This document shows, in pieces, positions 29,998-39,987 of a stretch of 64,000 nt of DNA. Each line of letters starts with the position of its first letter. Within the stretch, counting starts at the first letter, position 1. The stretch spans positions 124,076-188,075 of the IMG/VR virus record IMGVR_UViG_3300024259_001450. One strand, 5' to 3'. The translations under genes were made by a program, and so were the position numbers. The stretch comes from a virus (Duplodnaviria > Heunggongvirae > Uroviricota > Caudoviricetes). The notes beneath the pieces were generated by a model. The model saw nothing but the letters and a program-made list of their open reading frames with translations. It was not told where the DNA came from and searched no databases.

Positions 29998-30398
29998 ACC
30001 ATATTCTTATTATACATTAAAGACATTGCCTTTAAAATGTTATGTGACATTTCTTCAGATGTGACAGTGGTATGTATACTGCCATCGCATGCACCACGAC
30101 ACCTATCTCCACGATATTCGAAATCACGACATTCTTGAGGTCTATTTTTATAAATTGTACAATCATGTGTTTCAGCCTCACATAATACACAATATCCATC
30201 ATCGCATGTATTGAGCATTAAAACATTAATTAAATCTTCGTTAGTCCCACGGATTTGCAGTACGTCATGTCGTTGTGAGACTTCATTTACATTAATATCA
30301 GCAGCTTCTATTCGTTCAATATCAATATCAGTTAATGTCACCCGACATTTACAGCATGCTGCACACCCCCGACATAAATTTGGGATTAGATTTTTCAA
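29994..30398 (-). CDS. YkgJ/UPF0153-family Cys-cluster (Fe-S/Zn) protein
   Basis: CRGCAACCKC N-terminal cluster plus additional conserved Cys residues. Confidence 0.45.
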   Translation of the reverse strand: MKNLIPNLCRGCAACCKCRVTLTDIDIERIEAADINVNEVSQRHDVLQIRGTNEDLINVLMLNTCDDGYCVLCEAETHDCTIYKNRPQECRDFEYRGDRCRGACDGSIHTTVTSEEMSHNILKAMSLMYNKNMV

Positions 30399-30407
30399 TA
30401 TTCCTCC

Positions 30408-33400
30408 TTAATGCCAGAAGGTGCCAAGCAATTCAACATTTACAATGTAAATATCACCACCATAATTATCGCCAGTCGCACCACCATTTGCATCTCGTCT
30501 CAATACGAAAAATAAACCTTGCTCTGGCAATGAATCAGGTACCGAAAACTCATATCTCGATTCATATATCTCATCAGAACTATTTAATACAGTAGTGGTT
30601 ACATCCGTAATGGTTGTTTCTGTATTTGTTCCATCCAAAATTGTACCCACTACCGCTTGCCCATACACGAAGTCGAGTGCCACATCCCCAGATGCTTCAT
30701 CGGAATTTGGTGCCCATCGCACGACATATGTTAGCGGTAAAGATGTATCTAACCCAGAAAGCACAGGGATCGCCTGACCGAACCCATCTATGCTGCCATC
30801 TTGAAATTCATTCTTTTTCACCTTAAGATTAATAATTGCCCCAAAATCAACATTGTTGTCTTTAGGGGCGAATCCGTCAACTTCATAGGTATTTCCTAGA
30901 TTAATCCCTTCAATGGTTCTCGTGTCTCTTGCGGCTCCCATATGCTCTATAAAACCATCAGCATTAATTTCAGTTCTATTTGTATGAACTTTAAATTGTT
31001 GAAAAATCGGAGCGGTAGTAATTGCGGTAGCAATTCTAAATCTAATCCAAAATCTACTGGTCCCAGTTGTTGGTGGGTCACTTTTTGCCCAATCAAATCG
31101 CGTACTATCAGTAAGATCATCAAAACGAATTTGTTCTGAACTTACTCTCTCAAATATTGCATTACCATATTGTGTATATGGGCTATTCGAGGCTGCACTC
31201 ATTTGATTAAATTCAACCCATGAACCACCACCCACAGTTCCATCCCAGTATTCAGCTATAATTCCACCTGCTCCAGGAACGGTGGCAGTCGCTATAGACA
31301 CTTTAATACCAAGAAACTGTTTGTAGTCTGTGGCATCCTGCAAATCAGATGACACATAAATTGCATTATCTTGAGCGACACCTGTAAACGTAAAAGTAGA
31401 GCCACTAGCACTAGCTGCTTCTGCACTTACGTCCACAAAAACATTCCCGGCGGTTTCAGTATAAACAAGCATTCCTCTTGTATAGCTGTCGCCCTCACCG
31501 AGTACCGTCTCTCTGCCCTTCTCTGGAGTACCGACTTGGACTTCCTCTAGGAATAAATGTCCTTCGTCTCCTTCTAGATCACTATTGAAGTCTATTTTTA
31601 CGTTATCTGGATCGGTCATTGAAAGTTTTGTGGCCAAGAATATGCACGAAGTTAGGTGAAAATCACCTGATGCTGCTTCTTGCAAAATATGCCAAGTGCT
31701 ATTATCATCTGCTGTAATACTTACTCCGTGAATAGTGTTCAAAGTTCCGTTAAGCCCAGTTCTTGCCACGTTTGTTCCGCCTAGACAATTAACAAGATGA
31801 GGATGTAGCGTTCCATCATTATCGCAATAAAGGTGGTTAGTTGCACCACTACTAAAGCTGTTGTGAATCAATAACGTGCCGCCATCAGCAAAAAAGGCAT
31901 TCCCTGTAGCACTTGAGAATATATTAGATGCACCAATCCAGCCGCTATTGGTAGAATGTAAACCATTGGTGCAACTTGATTTGAATTTTGTCTCCTCAAC
32001 TGTTATATTGCCATTGGCCGTGTCCGACTGAACACAAGTTTCAGCATTTTGAAAAACACAACGCACAATTTCAGCTTCATCGTCAGAATAAGCGGCGATA
32101 TCTCCTGTAGGTCCGTCTACTCTTAAATTATAGAGAACCGCATCATGCCCAAGCGTAATAAACGTGGCATTATTATTAGACGCTTCAATAAATGTACATT
32201 CATCGTTTACCCCCATAATTGAAACATAATCAGGGACGGTAAACGGGGCTTCTACAAACGTGCCTGGGGTTAATTGGATTACATACCGCTTGGCAGATGA
32301 AGCATCTCCCAACGCGTTGATCTGAGCAATCGCATCGGCGATTGTTGTATATTCGGCCTCTCCATCCACCGTGGATACTGTTACGATCTGTTCGGACATG
32401 CGATTATCACCGACCATAGCCCATATGCCAGTAGCACCAGACCAATAGCTGGTAATAGTGAAGCCTTGATGGTTCTTACTTATTGTCTGCGATGTGTATC
32501 CACCTATTTCTTGCACGCCGCCCACAGTTGTGACAATAACTTGGTTTGCGTCATCTGTGTGCTTATAGAACGACATCCTATCGCCGTTATTCGTAGCAGC
32601 ACTGTTGGAGATAGTAATTGTGATATCACCAGCAGTCGTATCAACAAGGAACACGCCAGTGACTGTGCCTGCGGCATCTAAATCGGTACTCACATTTATC
32701 AGCGTTACTTCCGTAGCATCAGCTACATTCTCCCATTTACCAGTTACTGAATTATATTGTAAGAATTCATGTGCGGCGACACCTGAAATGCTTACTGATT
32801 CTGCAAAATCTTTAGCGTCTTCTTTTAGATGCCAATAATTAGCAGCTTCTCCACCTTGTAGGCCACTCAAACTATTGTGGTCAGATATACCACCAGCTTT
32901 TACCCAATCGGTGCCATTAAAAATATAAGCAGAACTTTCGGAATCTATATAAGTTGAATTACCAGAGACAACTACTGTTTCATCCCATGTCGCTCCATTG
33001 TATTCATATACATTGTCTGCGGTCCAACCGTTGCCAGATACAGAACAAATATATCTATCTCCGACACCGGGGCCACCCGGCAACGCACCTGATGCATCGT
33101 GGAAATCAAGAACCGCTTCTAACCACGCACTAGCACCAGCCACGGCCCCGTCTACATATCCTTTTGTTGCAGCATCAGTATTGTCATCAATACTACCACT
33201 GATCGTGACACCAACAAAGGTGGGCTGTCCTCCGGTTAAATTAGTTTCTTGAGCAGCCGTTAAATGCTTATGATCGCCCACAGCGCCGCCCTGCAATCCT
33301 GTTAATGATTCATGATCGTAGGTCAATGCATTAATTTCAGTCTTAGTATAATAATCGTCTGGTCCATTACCAGAGTTGGTCAAATTACCCGTTCCATCTA

Positions 33401-33836
33401 AACCCGCAAAATCTCCGATTACAGGTGCTGATACTTTATCTGCTTTCCCATCGACATCTACAGTGATCTCTGCTATTTCTGCATCAACTTCAGTTTTTGT
33501 ATATGTTTGATCTTTTGTATACACATTATCGCTTAATGCGTATGGATCAAGTTCATTTTCTTCAACAGACACAACGCCTGTTTCGGCTTTAGAAACACTT
33601 AATCTGGTTCTATCTGAATCCTTATTTTTAACCAATCTGAATTGACCACTATTTAATAATGATCGCAAATCTTCTGACTGTCCGATTTCAGATGGTGTAT
33701 AATATCTCAATAAATCATGAGTATCATTTGGATTAAATGTCGGAACATATGGCAAATCGCCTATACTAATCATACTGCTAGTAGTATTAGTAACACGCCA
33801 ATACTCTCTTTTACTACTATTTCTGTCTCTACCCAT
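30408..33836 (-). CDS. Tail fibre / tailspike protein with right-handed parallel beta-helix (pectate-lyase-like) domain
   Basis: 1142 aa. Central region is rich in N/G/T/S with repeated short beta-strand motifs (…NNATFITLGHDAVLYNLRVDGPTG…). A Gly/Thr-rich C-terminal receptor-binding-like region. Confidence 0.55.
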   Translation of the reverse strand: MGRDRNSSKREYWRVTNTTSSMISIGDLPYVPTFNPNDTHDLLRYYTPSEIGQSEDLRSLLNSGQFRLVKNKDSDRTRLSVSKAETGVVSVEENELDPYALSDNVYTKDQTYTKTEVDAEIAEITVDVDGKADKVSAPVIGDFAGLDGTGNLTNSGNGPDDYYTKTEINALTYDHESLTGLQGGAVGDHKHLTAAQETNLTGGQPTFVGVTISGSIDDNTDAATKGYVDGAVAGASAWLEAVLDFHDASGALPGGPGVGDRYICSVSGNGWTADNVYEYNGATWDETVVVSGNSTYIDSESSAYIFNGTDWVKAGGISDHNSLSGLQGGEAANYWHLKEDAKDFAESVSISGVAAHEFLQYNSVTGKWENVADATEVTLINVSTDLDAAGTVTGVFLVDTTAGDITITISNSAATNNGDRMSFYKHTDDANQVIVTTVGGVQEIGGYTSQTISKNHQGFTITSYWSGATGIWAMVGDNRMSEQIVTVSTVDGEAEYTTIADAIAQINALGDASSAKRYVIQLTPGTFVEAPFTVPDYVSIMGVNDECTFIEASNNNATFITLGHDAVLYNLRVDGPTGDIAAYSDDEAEIVRCVFQNAETCVQSDTANGNITVEETKFKSSCTNGLHSTNSGWIGASNIFSSATGNAFFADGGTLLIHNSFSSGATNHLYCDNDGTLHPHLVNCLGGTNVARTGLNGTLNTIHGVSITADDNSTWHILQEAASGDFHLTSCIFLATKLSMTDPDNVKIDFNSDLEGDEGHLFLEEVQVGTPEKGRETVLGEGDSYTRGMLVYTETAGNVFVDVSAEAASASGSTFTFTGVAQDNAIYVSSDLQDATDYKQFLGIKVSIATATVPGAGGIIAEYWDGTVGGGSWVEFNQMSAASNSPYTQYGNAIFERVSSEQIRFDDLTDSTRFDWAKSDPPTTGTSRFWIRFRIATAITTAPIFQQFKVHTNRTEINADGFIEHMGAARDTRTIEGINLGNTYEVDGFAPKDNNVDFGAIINLKVKKNEFQDGSIDGFGQAIPVLSGLDTSLPLTYVVRWAPNSDEASGDVALDFVYGQAVVGTILDGTNTETTITDVTTTVLNSSDEIYESRYEFSVPDSLPEQGLFFVLRRDANGGATGDNYGGDIYIVNVELLGTFWH

Positions 33837-33931
33837 GTCTGTATAACTCCTTATTAATTTAATTCAATGTGTTTTTTATTTTTCCTTGTAAACTTTACGG
33901 TGATTGCTCGATATAATATAATGAGAAACTC

Positions 33932-34246
33932 GTGAAGAAAAAAGATAAAATTTTTGTGAAAACGACTGTATACTTAGTATACCCATATGATGAAAGTGCA
34001 TCTACGCTACAAGATATGTGCAATTTATGGAGTATTAAGCTTTTAGAGTGTGATACTACAAAAAATAAAGCGACGATTGCTTTTCCTCTAAAAGTATTCA
34101 AAAAAATGTTTGAAGAAAACCCGAGAGTTCAAGAATATGAGCCATTAGAGGGCACTGAAAGGTTTATTAAGAAAATGATAGTAAAAGAAATAATAGTTGA
34201 GGAAAATAAAAAACATGGTAAACATCAAATGCCCCAACGAAATTAA
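33932..34246 (+). CDS. Hypothetical protein
   Basis: 104-aa ORF preceded by TATAAT-like boxes. Confidence 0.3.
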   Translation: MKKKDKIFVKTTVYLVYPYDESASTLQDMCNLWSIKLLECDTTKNKATIAFPLKVFKKMFEENPRVQEYEPLEGTERFIKKMIVKEIIVEENKKHGKHQMPQRN

Positions 34247-34823
34247 ATTAGCTTCACCCAAAAAGAAAAAAGAATTCATCATCTATCTCGATATGGATGG
34301 TGTCTTAACTGCATGGACAGAAAGAGCTTGTGAAATTTCTGGCCTTGATATAAAAATCCCAGAAATTCGTGATGAACTCAAAAAAGGAGCATATCTCGAT
34401 GACATCAAAGGATATGGGGAAGATGTTTGGGACAATGTAATGGCAGAAGGACAAAGCTTTTGGGAATCTCTAGACCAATATCCTTGGGCTAAGAAGCTTT
34501 TTGACACAATGCAAAAGCATGGTAATGTATATATTCTTACGTCGCCAGGCGTTTGCACTGATGCACCAAGTGGCAAAATGGTGTGGATACAAAACAATTT
34601 CGGCGATATCGAGAAATTAATCATTTGCAAAGATAAATATCGCTGTGCCACCAAAAACACTATTTTGATTGATGATAGTTACAAAAAAATTGATGCTTTT
34701 AGAGAAGCTGGTGGTCACGCATTTTTGTGGCCGAATCCTTGTTCCCTAGAAGATGGTGATATTGATGTAGACGAAACAATTGACAAGTTGGTGGAAGAGA
34801 TAAAATCCTACAAAAAAGATTGA
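34215..34823 (+). CDS. 5'(3')-deoxyribonucleotidase-like HAD enzyme
   Basis: IIYLDMDGVLTAW (DxDGV HAD motif I), as in NT5C-type dNMP phosphatases. Confidence 0.6.
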   Translation: MVNIKCPNEIKLASPKKKKEFIIYLDMDGVLTAWTERACEISGLDIKIPEIRDELKKGAYLDDIKGYGEDVWDNVMAEGQSFWESLDQYPWAKKLFDTMQKHGNVYILTSPGVCTDAPSGKMVWIQNNFGDIEKLIICKDKYRCATKNTILIDDSYKKIDAFREAGGHAFLWPNPCSLEDGDIDVDETIDKLVEEIKSYKKD

Positions 34824-35095
34824 ATAATTTTCTCTTTACCGTCTTTAATAATGATCAACACCTTGCCGCCCGTTGATTCAAACCATCCTTTGATTTGGAT
34901 TCTATCTTTATGGATTAGCGTGTGACATGAACTACAACATATTACGACATTAGACGGTATGTATGTTCCACCATCCTTGCCGGGTACAATGCGGTGATAT
35001 TCTAATACATCAATATCTTTGTCGTCACAGATTGGACATTTCTTTGCTGCTGATTTATCTACTTCTCGATTGATAAGTTTTCTTTTTCTTCCCAT
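34808..35095 (-). CDS. HNH endonuclease (small)
   Basis: CPICDD…EYHRIVPGKDGG…CCSSCHTLIH: two Cys pairs plus H-N-H core. Confidence 0.7.
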   Translation of the reverse strand: MGRKRKLINREVDKSAAKKCPICDDKDIDVLEYHRIVPGKDGGTYIPSNVVICCSSCHTLIHKDRIQIKGWFESTGGKVLIIIKDGKEKIIQSFL

Positions 35096-35157
35096 GGTGA
35101 TACCTCATACCTATATTATCGTCATACCGATTAAACAAGTGGAGCAAGGAGATTCGT

Positions 35158-36261
35158 ATGACAAAGATTAAGAGTATCCATCTAAAAAACTATTGCGGAT
35201 ATCGAGATATATTTTTTGATTTTACTGGAAATAATCAAATAAACAAATTAGCAATGTTTGTAGGACCAAATGGTTCTGGTAAATCCAATTTATTAGAAGC
35301 AATCCAACTTTTGTCTGCTGCATCAAGATTTTCTCGCAGAGATATGTCATTGACATGGCGTAAATATACATACGATCCTGATTACAATCCCACAACTCAA
35401 GAGTATACGATAGCTTATGCTGACCATATCAAAAAAGACAAAAAAGGTAGAATAGTTATTGATAACACTAATAATCAGGCGAATAAGATGCCAGGATTGG
35501 AAACACACGATCCTGAATTTCTGAAAAAAGTTATTGGTGATCTTGAAGAAATGGAAATAACTGGTGTATTCTCCACTAACGACGGGGACAAAGAAGTAAT
35601 AGTTACTACAAGAGGCGTAAAGAAAAATGAACTGTCAGCAGGCATGGGTGCTATTTCTTTTGACTATTTTATAGACGCAGACAATCCAAATAATATGGCC
35701 AAATTTCAGTTGCCAGTTGAGAAGGAAAAAATGTTTATTGATTTGGCTGAAACTATTTATGGATACAAATGCTCTTTAGAGAAAAAAGTAAATAATATCG
35801 ATGGGGAAATTGATGAAAATGGAAATATAGTAAATGAATATTTCTTTACTGATTGCGTTTTAACAAAGCCGTGGGGAGATAGAGTTCATTTCAAACGTAT
35901 GTCAGACGGAGAAAAGAAGATTGCGACATTGATTCGCCATCTTTGTGATCCTACTTATATGGAAGAATTCGATTTGATTCTTATCGATAATTCTGTAATG
36001 CATGTCTATGCAAAGAGACACAGGCAAATGATTAAAAAGATATTGGATACATTTCCTGATAAGCAATTTATTATGACTACTCACAGTAGTATTTTAATAG
36101 ACAGTTTACCAAGTCGTTATCTATATGACGTAGAAGACTATAAAATCAAAGAGGCGAAGAAAATGGGAATAAAATTGATTTATCCTGATAGCCAATCCAA
36201 ACAATTCACTCCATCTTTCAAGCTTTCTGGCATGAATGCTGCTGAGTTCAAGATTAAATAA
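35158..36261 (+). CDS. ABC-type (AAA_21-like) ATPase
   Basis: Walker A GPNGSGKSN. Signature-like MSDGEKK. Walker B-like DLILIDN (Asn in place of the catalytic Glu). H-loop TTHS. Confidence 0.55.
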   Translation: MTKIKSIHLKNYCGYRDIFFDFTGNNQINKLAMFVGPNGSGKSNLLEAIQLLSAASRFSRRDMSLTWRKYTYDPDYNPTTQEYTIAYADHIKKDKKGRIVIDNTNNQANKMPGLETHDPEFLKKVIGDLEEMEITGVFSTNDGDKEVIVTTRGVKKNELSAGMGAISFDYFIDADNPNNMAKFQLPVEKEKMFIDLAETIYGYKCSLEKKVNNIDGEIDENGNIVNEYFFTDCVLTKPWGDRVHFKRMSDGEKKIATLIRHLCDPTYMEEFDLILIDNSVMHVYAKRHRQMIKKILDTFPDKQFIMTTHSSILIDSLPSRYLYDVEDYKIKEAKKMGIKLIYPDSQSKQFTPSFKLSGMNAAEFKIK

Positions 36262-36319
36262 TCTCTGTTGGTGCTGAACAATCTTGTACAATGGTCATGT
36301 AACATCTGAGGAGAAAACA

Positions 36320-36733
36320 ATGGTAGATTATATCCCCATCTGTGTAATTTGCGACAATACCATGATAGAGGTTGATAATGATAATGGTTATATTTGTCCA
36401 ATATGTGACCCCAAAGGGTGGAAAGACTACATGGGACGAATATATGAACAATTACAAATAGATAAAAAGGAGAGACAAATGGCTAGAGAACAAGTATACA
36501 AAGCAATCGACAGCGAAAGGGAATACCAAGACTCGATGGACGGCGTAAGTGAAGCCCCGAGTGTTGCTTCTGAATTAATATTGTTAGAAGAATATGTTGG
36601 ACGAGCAAGAAATACTTTTACAGAAACTTTTGGTGATCCTGAAGAGCAACCCACAATGAACGTAATTCGTAAAATTGCCGGGATTGCAACACGAGCCATG
36701 GAAAACCACGGGGCGCCAAATAGGGAGAAATAA
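36320..36733 (+). CDS. Zinc-ribbon protein, tandem paralogue A
   Basis: CVICDN…CPICD zinc ribbon. Shares REQVYKAIDSEREYQ and HGAPNREK blocks with the next gene. Confidence 0.4.
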   Translation: MVDYIPICVICDNTMIEVDNDNGYICPICDPKGWKDYMGRIYEQLQIDKKERQMAREQVYKAIDSEREYQDSMDGVSEAPSVASELILLEEYVGRARNTFTETFGDPEEQPTMNVIRKIAGIATRAMENHGAPNREK

Positions 36734-36734
36734 A

Positions 36735-37019
36735 ATGCCTACAAGAGAACAAGTATACAAAGCAATCGACAGTGAAAGAGAATATCAGAATTATTGGGAC
36801 AACAAACGTCTTAATGGGAATGATAATGAAACACAGATGGACAAAGACAAACCTGTTGAATGTTGGGTTCTTTGGATGGAAGAATATATCAAAAAGGCAA
36901 GAGAAGAGGCAACTGGTGATTGCACTAAAGAACGAGCATTGCACCAAATCAGAAAAGTGGCCGCTTTAGGTGTCGCTTGTATGGAATCCCTTGGGGCACC
37001 AGAAAGAGAAAAGAAATAA
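36735..37019 (+). CDS. Tandem paralogue B
   Basis: MPTREQVYKAIDSEREYQ…LGAPEREKK. Confidence 0.4.
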   Translation: MPTREQVYKAIDSEREYQNYWDNKRLNGNDNETQMDKDKPVECWVLWMEEYIKKAREEATGDCTKERALHQIRKVAALGVACMESLGAPEREKK

Positions 37020-37020
37020 T

Positions 37021-37368
37021 ATGATTACACTACAAGAAAATGCGAAATCTGGAATTGGAATCACTGTTTTATCAATTGAATTGGAAAAATATGGAGTAGA
37101 ACTTCCAATTACAATGGACGAATTTTTGGAACGCGGTCTTAACATGAAGAATATGTTAGACAAAAATTTATTAAGCAGAGAAGCCTTTGAAAAAGATATA
37201 CAAGGACATTCATTAAGATTAATAGATTTTATCGGTGTGAGAGAAAACATATCTACACTTCTAGAACTTGGTAAAAAAGATTTGGCCATAGAATATTTGT
37301 GCTATGCAAATTCATTGGGGTCAAAACTGAGATACATGGATACGATAGGAGACAAGTTGGATGAATAA
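37021..37368 (+). CDS. Hypothetical protein
   Basis: 116-aa ORF. Confidence 0.35.
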   Translation: MITLQENAKSGIGITVLSIELEKYGVELPITMDEFLERGLNMKNMLDKNLLSREAFEKDIQGHSLRLIDFIGVRENISTLLELGKKDLAIEYLCYANSLGSKLRYMDTIGDKLDE

Positions 37369-38119
37369 AAGACCCAAAAAAGCCGCAGAACTTTTGCAGA
37401 ATTATAGTGTAACATCTGGTCCACTGAAAACCATGGAAGATGGTAAAGATATTCCATCTAAACCAAGAAAAGGCAGATGGATTCAGACTTATGTTGGTAA
37501 GAAATATTTCCCATTAGACCCTCGACCAGAAGAAGTTGACATTAAAGATATCGCTCATGCTCTAGCGTTAAAATGTCGTTTTGGTGGGCACTGTAAACGA
37601 TTTTATTCGGTTGCAGAGCATTCTGTGCGATGCGTAGAGTATTTTGATAGGCATAATCATGAGAAGATACTGAGGGCTGGTGAATATAACGTGGGAGATA
37701 TCCATACTGATTGGGTCAAATTCCATGAAGATATGCATGAAATTCAAAGATGGGTTTTGATGCATGACGCAGCAGAGGCTTACTTGGCAGATGTGCCAAG
37801 ACCAGTAAAAAAGTGTATGCCAGAATTTAAGGAATTGGAAGAGAAAAATCTGGAAGCAATTGCAGAAGCGTTTGAAATGTCTTACCCAATTCCTGAAAGA
37901 ATCGATGAATATATCAAAGAGGCAGATAATGCTCTGTTAATGACAGAGAGACGAGACAATATGAGTAATCCGCCTGAGAAATGGGATATCGATGGAATTG
38001 GTATTGAGCCTGATTGTTATTTTGTTATACCAATGACAGCGGAAGAGGCGGAAAGAAGATTTTTAGATAAATTCGTATTTTTGTTTCACTACGATTTTTT
38101 AGATAAGGAGAAAGAATAA
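37361..38119 (+). CDS. HD-domain phosphohydrolase (YfbR-like 5'-deoxynucleotidase family)
   Basis: H…R…YSVAEHSVRC…LMHDAAEAYLADVP motif arrangement. Confidence 0.6.
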   Translation: MNKRPKKAAELLQNYSVTSGPLKTMEDGKDIPSKPRKGRWIQTYVGKKYFPLDPRPEEVDIKDIAHALALKCRFGGHCKRFYSVAEHSVRCVEYFDRHNHEKILRAGEYNVGDIHTDWVKFHEDMHEIQRWVLMHDAAEAYLADVPRPVKKCMPEFKELEEKNLEAIAEAFEMSYPIPERIDEYIKEADNALLMTERRDNMSNPPEKWDIDGIGIEPDCYFVIPMTAEEAERRFLDKFVFLFHYDFLDKEKE

Positions 38120-38213
38120 TGTTAGATAACAATGCACCAACCACTGGTTTGGAGTGTAAACAAAGAACACTAGATACTGATCTAGATTTAGAAAAAATTA
38201 ACGAATCAATTTA

Positions 38214-38891
38214 ATGGATAAGATAAGAGCCATATCACTATACGGTGGACCAGCCTGTGGCAAATCAACAATCATGTCTAAGCTGTTTGCTGACCTGAAA
38301 ATCCAAGGGCATAGTGTTGAATTAAGCCCTGAAGTCATTAAACCATTTACGTATATGGATTATAAGATACAAGGATATGATCAGATGTATATCCATGCAT
38401 TACAAATGCGACAAGCAGATATCTATTTAAGAGGATGCGATTTTATTGTAACAGATTGTTCACCAACAGTTAATCTATTTTATGCGTATGATTACAAGTA
38501 CCCATATGCAGATGGGCTAAAAGAAATTGTTAAAGTATATGATAAGCAGTATCCGTCTTTACATATCTTTATTGACGCACCAAGGGTGCGTGAGCATTAT
38601 CAAGAAGCTGGACGTTTTCACACATTTGATGAAGCGGTGAGCATAGATAAAGCGATGTTAGAGTTTATGACAGATTTTTATGGCGAAGATGGATTTGTTA
38701 TTTTGCCAAGAAATTATGATGAGATTCTGGAATTCGTAGAGGATAGGCTATGGGAGAGTGGGGATATGTCTACGTCTGCCATAACTATAGAACAAAAAGC
38801 AATAGCAAAAGAAGCGATAGCTGATGAAGATCGAAAAATATTTCGAGATTTAGAAATTGCAATGAATATAAAAGGAGAGAAGAATGACTGA
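38214..38891 (+). CDS. P-loop nucleotide/nucleoside kinase-like protein
   Basis: Walker A SLYGGPACGKSTI. Size and fold compatible with a dNMP/dN kinase. Confidence 0.45.
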   Translation: MDKIRAISLYGGPACGKSTIMSKLFADLKIQGHSVELSPEVIKPFTYMDYKIQGYDQMYIHALQMRQADIYLRGCDFIVTDCSPTVNLFYAYDYKYPYADGLKEIVKVYDKQYPSLHIFIDAPRVREHYQEAGRFHTFDEAVSIDKAMLEFMTDFYGEDGFVILPRNYDEILEFVEDRLWESGDMSTSAITIEQKAIAKEAIADEDRKIFRDLEIAMNIKGEKND

Positions 38892-39441
38892 AATTAAAAC
38901 CGATGTAGAAGTGATGGTTCCAAAGTCTGCTGAAATATTTGATGGAATAGTAACAAGCGATTTGGACGGAATACGAAGAGCGTATAAAGCAGCAGAATTA
39001 TTTTCCACTGACCCAAATACTCAAAATGGAGCGATCCTTGTTTCTAAGAGTGGAAACGTTTTGGGAGCAGAGGCTAATCATTTTCCTAATAATGTAGCAG
39101 AAAAAGATGAACGATGGGAAAGACCTCTTAAATATAAATATGTGGAACACGCCGAGCGGGGCATTATTCTTTATGCTGCCAAGATGGGTATAGCCACACT
39201 AGGTAAAACTATGTATTGCCCGTGGTACGCTTGCACCGATTGTGCTAGAGCAATTATACAAGCTGGAATCGGTCAAGTTGTTGGTCACCAGACAACAATC
39301 GATAATACACCTGATCGATGGATGGGTGAAATCGAATTAGCACTATCTATGTTAACAGAAGCTGGTGTCAATTATCGTTTTGTCAAAGGCGAACTTGGTG
39401 ACGTAGAAATCCGTTTCAATGGAGAGATACTACGCCCATAA
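38884..39441 (+). CDS. dCMP deaminase
   Basis: HAERGIILYAAK (H-x-E zinc ligand) and PCTDCARAI (PCxxC). Confidence 0.75.
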   Translation: MTEIKTDVEVMVPKSAEIFDGIVTSDLDGIRRAYKAAELFSTDPNTQNGAILVSKSGNVLGAEANHFPNNVAEKDERWERPLKYKYVEHAERGIILYAAKMGIATLGKTMYCPWYACTDCARAIIQAGIGQVVGHQTTIDNTPDRWMGEIELALSMLTEAGVNYRFVKGELGDVEIRFNGEILRP

Positions 39442-39450
39442 GGAGAAACA

Positions 39451-39987
39451 ATGGCTGATGAATTTGGAAGAACAACATGGGATAATTTCAACATGGCTAT
39501 TGCCATGCTGGTAACATCAAGGTCGATTGATCCGAGAACGAAACATGGTTGCTATATAATAGATAAGAATAATAAGCCTTTAAGTTTTGGATACAATGGG
39601 CCATTGAGGGGTTCAGATGATGAAAAAGTTTCATTACAACCCCCTGATAAATATTTTGAGATGGAACATAGCGAACGTAACGCAATTTTCAATTACAATG
39701 GGTCACTGGAAGGGGCTACGGCATATATCACAGGATTCCCATGTTCTGATTGCTTTAGGGCGTTAGTGCAAAGTGGAATCAAAAAAATTGTCTATGGGCC
39801 GATCACTTCTAATATGTTAGAAACAGAAGAAGGAAGAAAAGAACTTGCGGCCATTCAAAGAATGGTCGATTACTGTAAGGGAGTAGAACTTATTGAATTT
39901 CAAGGCGATTTTTGGGAATCGTTTGAAATCATGAAACAATATTTAACGACAAAAGGTATTAAACAATCTAAGGAATCATATGAGTAA
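39451..39987 (+). CDS. Second dCMP/cytidine-deaminase-family protein
   Basis: HSERNAIFNY and PCSDCFRAL zinc motifs. Confidence 0.6.
   Translation: MADEFGRTTWDNFNMAIAMLVTSRSIDPRTKHGCYIIDKNNKPLSFGYNGPLRGSDDEKVSLQPPDKYFEMEHSERNAIFNYNGSLEGATAYITGFPCSDCFRALVQSGIKKIVYGPITSNMLETEEGRKELAAIQRMVDYCKGVELIEFQGDFWESFEIMKQYLTTKGIKQSKESYE

Noticed and set aside
30595-33252. Several 60-85-aa plus-strand ORFs inside the tail-fibre gene region
   Set aside because: They are antisense to a 1142-aa uninterrupted ORF with Pro/Ala/Ser-rich shadow translations. No RBS.
33880-33931. Sigma-70 promoter TTGTAA…TATAAT upstream of 33932
   Set aside because: The spacer to the best TATAAT is about 20 nt, which is too long. 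Duplicated TATAAT boxes are noted but no confident promoter call is made.
34808-36261. Septu-like (PtuA ATPase plus PtuB HNH) defence system
   Set aside because: The genes are divergently transcribed and the HNH is a minimal 95-aa phage-type HNH. Kept only as a low-interest note.
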